IMG/VR virus record: IMGVR_UViG_3300006853_000001
From: a virus
Length of the DNA stretch: 64,000 nt
Direction: 5' to 3' (one strand)
This document shows positions 60,691 to 64,000 of the stretch, piece after piece. Under the pieces are notes generated by a model, which was not told the origin of the DNA, did no database searches, and saw only the letters and a program-made list of their open reading frames with translations. Both the position numbers and the translations under genes were made by a program. Position 1 is the first letter of the stretch, and every line of letters starts with the position of its first letter.

Positions 60691-62841
60691 CTACTGTATC
60701 ACAACGGTGCGCGACCGATACTCTGTGATGCGACTACGCGACCTGCGAACGCGCGCCCGCCGAACCCGGGACGCGGCGGCCGTCACACGGTCACCCAGCG
60801 GAACAGCCTCGGGCAGCTCGACCTGAACCGGTACGGACGCCGCGGTCAAGACGCCATCCGTCAGCGAGACGCTGGGCGCCGACCGGGCCTCCGGGAAACC
60901 GGGCACCGGTACCAGCAGTGCCGCCACCAGCTCGGTCCAGCCGGACCGGTCCAGGTGCGCCCGCCAGTCGCCCGACAGCCGGCACGACATGATTCGTCGT
61001 ACCTGATCCGGTGTCACGTCCGGCAAGAGCGCGCCGGCGATCCAGACGCCGTCGCGGTCCTCACCCACGCGCGCCGAGGCCACCACCGAGCACGTGTTAT
61101 CGTAGTGTTGCATGGCCTGCTCGCCGCTGAGTCGCACCAGGGTGGATGCGTGACCGCAGTTCATGGTGATGACCCCGGTCGACACCCGACCGCCGTCGGC
61201 GACGATCGTCTCGCCGCCGTGGAACCGGTCGTAGTCGACGTTCCGCATCGGCACGTAGCGGTCCACGTGGGTGTACGCCCGGTGACGAACGCGAGCCGGT
61301 GCGAGGCGGCCGTAGATCCTCCCGCTGGGCAGGACGGTCAGCGCGCCGTTAATCTCAACATCGGTAGGACGTTCGAACCACGAGCGCGGCGGCGCGTCGG
61401 TAATCTCGAACACCGCGACGGCCGCGACGAGCGTCTCGTCATCGGACAGTTCACCGTCGACAACGTCATCACCGCTGTCTTCATCGGCGTTCGAATCACC
61501 GAGCTCGATCCGGGTCGTCTGCCCCCGGCCGTCGACATCGGGCGCCACCCCGAGCTGCAGCCGCGCCTCGGTGAACGCCGGTATCTCGACCAGCGTCGTC
61601 GCCCGGATTCGGCCGCGGTGGAACGTGGTGAGTACGGGCTCGGCGGCGACCACCGGGCTCACGGTCGTCTCACCGTCGGCGCTCATCTCCACCGTCGGCT
61701 CCGGGAACGTCAGCTCGACATCCGCGCCCTTCACCGAGTCGACGTCCACCGAGTTGCCACGCATGTAGTCATTACTCATCCGGCGGCGAACCTCGAGGCC
61801 GTCGGGATTGCCGAGGTCGATCGTACCGGCGCCCTTGATGATGTTTACGTCAACGCGACCGGCGGGATCGGGCTCGCGCCAGATCCGGTCGATGCTGCCG
61901 ACGCTGACCGAGACGTCGCTCTGTCCGCCGTGGCTGGTGACCTTCTGCCACATCAACGGCAGCGGCGGGGTGTCCCACGTCAGTGAGCCCGCGGCGAACA
62001 TGCGGCCGTCACCCGACTCGATGCCCTCCACGGTGAGAACACCGTGCCACGGCGCGGAACCGGTCGGAGCGTCTGGCCCGGTGACGTCACCCTCAACATT
62101 TTCGTCGACCTGTGTGTCGACCTCTGGCTTCTCTGCCACCTCCGCCGCAGCGGCCGTGAGTGCGTACGTCATCTCGTCATCAGACATACACGTGCCGTCT
62201 GGCATCTTGTGGTGCTTGGGCGGACAGTCACCGTCCGCTTCGGCGTCAGCGTTATTGCGAAACACCTCTGAGTCGCCGTCCGAGTCGGCGACCTGGGCGC
62301 CGATGTCGAGCATCGCGCGACGGATGCGCGCCTTAATCCGGCGCAGTTGTACCGCTGTATACTTAGCCGCGTTGTCTGGCTGATTGATGTACGACCACGC
62401 CGCACGAACGTGCGCTTCGGTATTCAGCGGGTACCGCTTAACGCCGTCGGGTTGCAACCCGGTGTCGGCGTACTCGACGTCACCGTAGGGTTCCTTGGTC
62501 GCTGCGATAGTCACATCAGCCACCTCCGTCTCTGATCCAGCATAGCCTAGTGCGGCGGTCGTCTCGCCGCTACTCTCGACGCCCTTCTCGGCGGGCCACT
62601 CGCCGGTCGCCGCCTTGTGATACTCGGCACACAGACCCTGTGGATTCTTCACGTGCTCTCCGAGCAACGAGACGCACCGCGCGAACGAGCCGTCGGTGCC
62701 CCACCTGATCTTCACCGCACCCTCGCCGCGCACCCAGTAGTTTCGCAGGTTGTGACCGGGTCCCGGAGCGTTGACATCGCTCTCACTTACAGCCGAGACA
62801 AATCGCGCGTCGTTTGGACTCATCGGCGATCGCCTAGTCAC
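60691..62841 (-). CDS. capsid maturation (prohead) protease, large multi-domain form
   Basis: The N-terminus has LRNYWVRGEGAVKIRWGTDGSFARCV. The S78-like core reads GDGRMFAAGSLTWDTPPLPLMWQ...SHGG...GNSVDVD. The C-terminus has ITMNCGHA...GEDRDGVWIAGALLP...LSGDWR...VPVPGFP. Confidence 0.65.
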   Translation of the reverse strand: MTRRSPMSPNDARFVSAVSESDVNAPGPGHNLRNYWVRGEGAVKIRWGTDGSFARCVSLLGEHVKNPQGLCAEYHKAATGEWPAEKGVESSGETTAALGYAGSETEVADVTIAATKEPYGDVEYADTGLQPDGVKRYPLNTEAHVRAAWSYINQPDNAAKYTAVQLRRIKARIRRAMLDIGAQVADSDGDSEVFRNNADAEADGDCPPKHHKMPDGTCMSDDEMTYALTAAAAEVAEKPEVDTQVDENVEGDVTGPDAPTGSAPWHGVLTVEGIESGDGRMFAAGSLTWDTPPLPLMWQKVTSHGGQSDVSVSVGSIDRIWREPDPAGRVDVNIIKGAGTIDLGNPDGLEVRRRMSNDYMRGNSVDVDSVKGADVELTFPEPTVEMSADGETTVSPVVAAEPVLTTFHRGRIRATTLVEIPAFTEARLQLGVAPDVDGRGQTTRIELGDSNADEDSGDDVVDGELSDDETLVAAVAVFEITDAPPRSWFERPTDVEINGALTVLPSGRIYGRLAPARVRHRAYTHVDRYVPMRNVDYDRFHGGETIVADGGRVSTGVITMNCGHASTLVRLSGEQAMQHYDNTCSVVASARVGEDRDGVWIAGALLPDVTPDQVRRIMSCRLSGDWRAHLDRSGWTELVAALLVPVPGFPEARSAPSVSLTDGVLTAASVPVQVELPEAVPLGDRVTAAASRVRRARVRRSRSRITEYRSRTVVIQ

Positions 62842-64000
62842 TTTACCACCTCCGCGTAGATGAACGCGCGTCCGTTCTTCACCTCGACGCGGTTAATCCT
62901 AATCTTCGCTCCGCGGCGAAGAAGTAACTCGTTCTGCTCGGGAAACTGGCTAACATCTGCGACGTACGCGACCTTCGTACCTTTTGGAACATCAAGTCTC
63001 ATGTGCACGTCTGAAATGAAGTCCAGGTGACTGTCCTGCGTTACCGACGTGGACAGATATGCCAGATCCTTGAACATCTTACCGTCTACGTCCACCAGCT
63101 CGGCAACGTTAGTTGCGCCAAACGCACTTGGATTCACCTGCCGAAACACCGTGAGATCACGCGGCGCGGGATACATCGCCTTGTCCAGATACCTCGTTGT
63201 CTCTCGGACCTCTACTCCCTCGAAGGTCACAGAGCTTCGATTTCGCAGCGCCTCATTTATCGGTTGCGCCGACTGCGTGTAGTCGTAGATCGTCGTAGCC
63301 GTGTCTTCGTCCCACGACTTTTGACTCATCACGGTGTCGTGCATTTCCCGTGCCTCGTCGGCCGTTATGACGTTCGATCCGGTAGACCAGTCAGCGGGCG
63401 TGTCGTCCGCCGAGACGTTTACCCACTCGTCGCGCGGTGTTCCGTAGTTGTCACTACCCGGCGGGTTAATGGGCGTGTACTGCTTACCGATCGACGTTTG
63501 CTCACCAGACTCGTCGGGCTCGTGCGGCGAGACACTTTTCCACCCGGCCCACTCGTTCTCGGCGATCTGCTCGTTGAAGTCAGACTGCTTGCGAATGTCA
63601 GTCCACTTCTTCCACGGACCGTCATTCGTCTGCGACTGCACCTCGACGTACGGCTTGCCGTTCTTCTCACGCACTACAGCACGCTGCTTGACGCCAAATT
63701 CATTCTTCAGTGTCTCGGCAATGACTTGACCAACGTGGTCTCCGAAGTTCTCCCAGAGATCACCAAGGCTGCCGCCACCCGACTCGTCCGTCCACTTACC
63801 TTCGATGTCTCGCTGCTGACTCGGATCAAAGCCGGATGAAACCGCGTCGTAAACACCGTCGCTATCGCCTAGCGAAATGTCATAAGCATCGCTGTCGCCC
63901 AGCGGGATGTCGTAGACGTCGTCACCAAACGCCACACGCACCCTGTCGAACGTCACGAATCCGGTACGATTGGCGTACTCGCGCGGGTCGGCGTCCCCGT
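62838..64000 (-). CDS. MuF-like minor capsid protein C-terminal part fused to an ADP-ribosyltransferase domain (5' end outside the window)
   Basis: The frame is open to position 64000 with high GC3, so the GTG at 63956 is probably internal. The ART motifs are YTQSAQPINEALR, FRQV (Arg), YLSTS (STS) and EQNE (QxE). Confidence 0.65.
   Translation of the reverse strand, partial: GDADPREYANRTGFVTFDRVRVAFGDDVYDIPLGDSDAYDISLGDSDGVYDAVSSGFDPSQQRDIEGKWTDESGGGSLGDLWENFGDHVGQVIAETLKNEFGVKQRAVVREKNGKPYVEVQSQTNDGPWKKWTDIRKQSDFNEQIAENEWAGWKSVSPHEPDESGEQTSIGKQYTPINPPGSDNYGTPRDEWVNVSADDTPADWSTGSNVITADEAREMHDTVMSQKSWDEDTATTIYDYTQSAQPINEALRNRSSVTFEGVEVRETTRYLDKAMYPAPRDLTVFRQVNPSAFGATNVAELVDVDGKMFKDLAYLSTSVTQDSHLDFISDVHMRLDVPKGTKVAYVADVSQFPEQNELLLRRGAKIRINRVEVKNGRAFIYAEVVK

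Overview
The window is a high-GC, densely packed double-stranded DNA phage genome segment of actinobacteriophage / siphovirus type, either free or as a prophage. I saw no host housekeeping genes, rRNA, tRNA, CRISPR array or integrase. All function calls come from motifs read by eye in the ORF translations; no database search was run.

There are three transcription blocks:
- Block 1 (1-9306, minus strand) is an early/replication arm. It holds an AEP primase-polymerase, a D5/SF3 primase-helicase, an AT-rich iteron region, a vWA protein, a mini kinase-like ORF and many small membrane ORFs.
- Block 2 (9556-37745, plus strand) carries nucleotide metabolism genes (a Tmk-like/UDG-like fusion, a ThyA-like enzyme, dCMP deaminase) and replication/recombination genes (family A DNA polymerase, RuvC, SNF2 helicase, Cas4-like nuclease, Sak4-like ATPase, SSB). 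It continues with a glycosyltransferase and sugar-activation operon, an all-alpha NTP pyrophosphatase, an HNH endonuclease, a frame-disrupted C5 DNA methyltransferase, a lysis cassette, DUF932 and WhiB.
- Block 3 (37806-64000, minus strand) is the virion module. It runs MuF/ADP-ribosyltransferase, prohead protease, capsid genes, connector/tail genes, G/GT chaperones, tape measure and minor tail proteins, and ends in a 6.7 kb glycosyltransferase/methyltransferase island.

The most interesting signal is a coherent, T4-like set of genes that suggests cytosine hydroxymethylation followed by DNA glycosylation:
- a ThyA homolog with Asp at the Asn177-equivalent position;
- a dNMP kinase;
- an all-alpha NTP pyrophosphatase;
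- a homolog of T4 beta-glucosyltransferase plus a second GT-B enzyme;
- a sugar kinase / HAD / nucleotidyltransferase trio.

Other notable points are a recurrent extended -10 promoter motif (TGNTAYRRT), a duplicated 45 bp promoter, and an in-frame TGA followed by 59 codons with strong coding signal. There is also a 16 x 20 aa repeat structural protein and a candidate replication origin.
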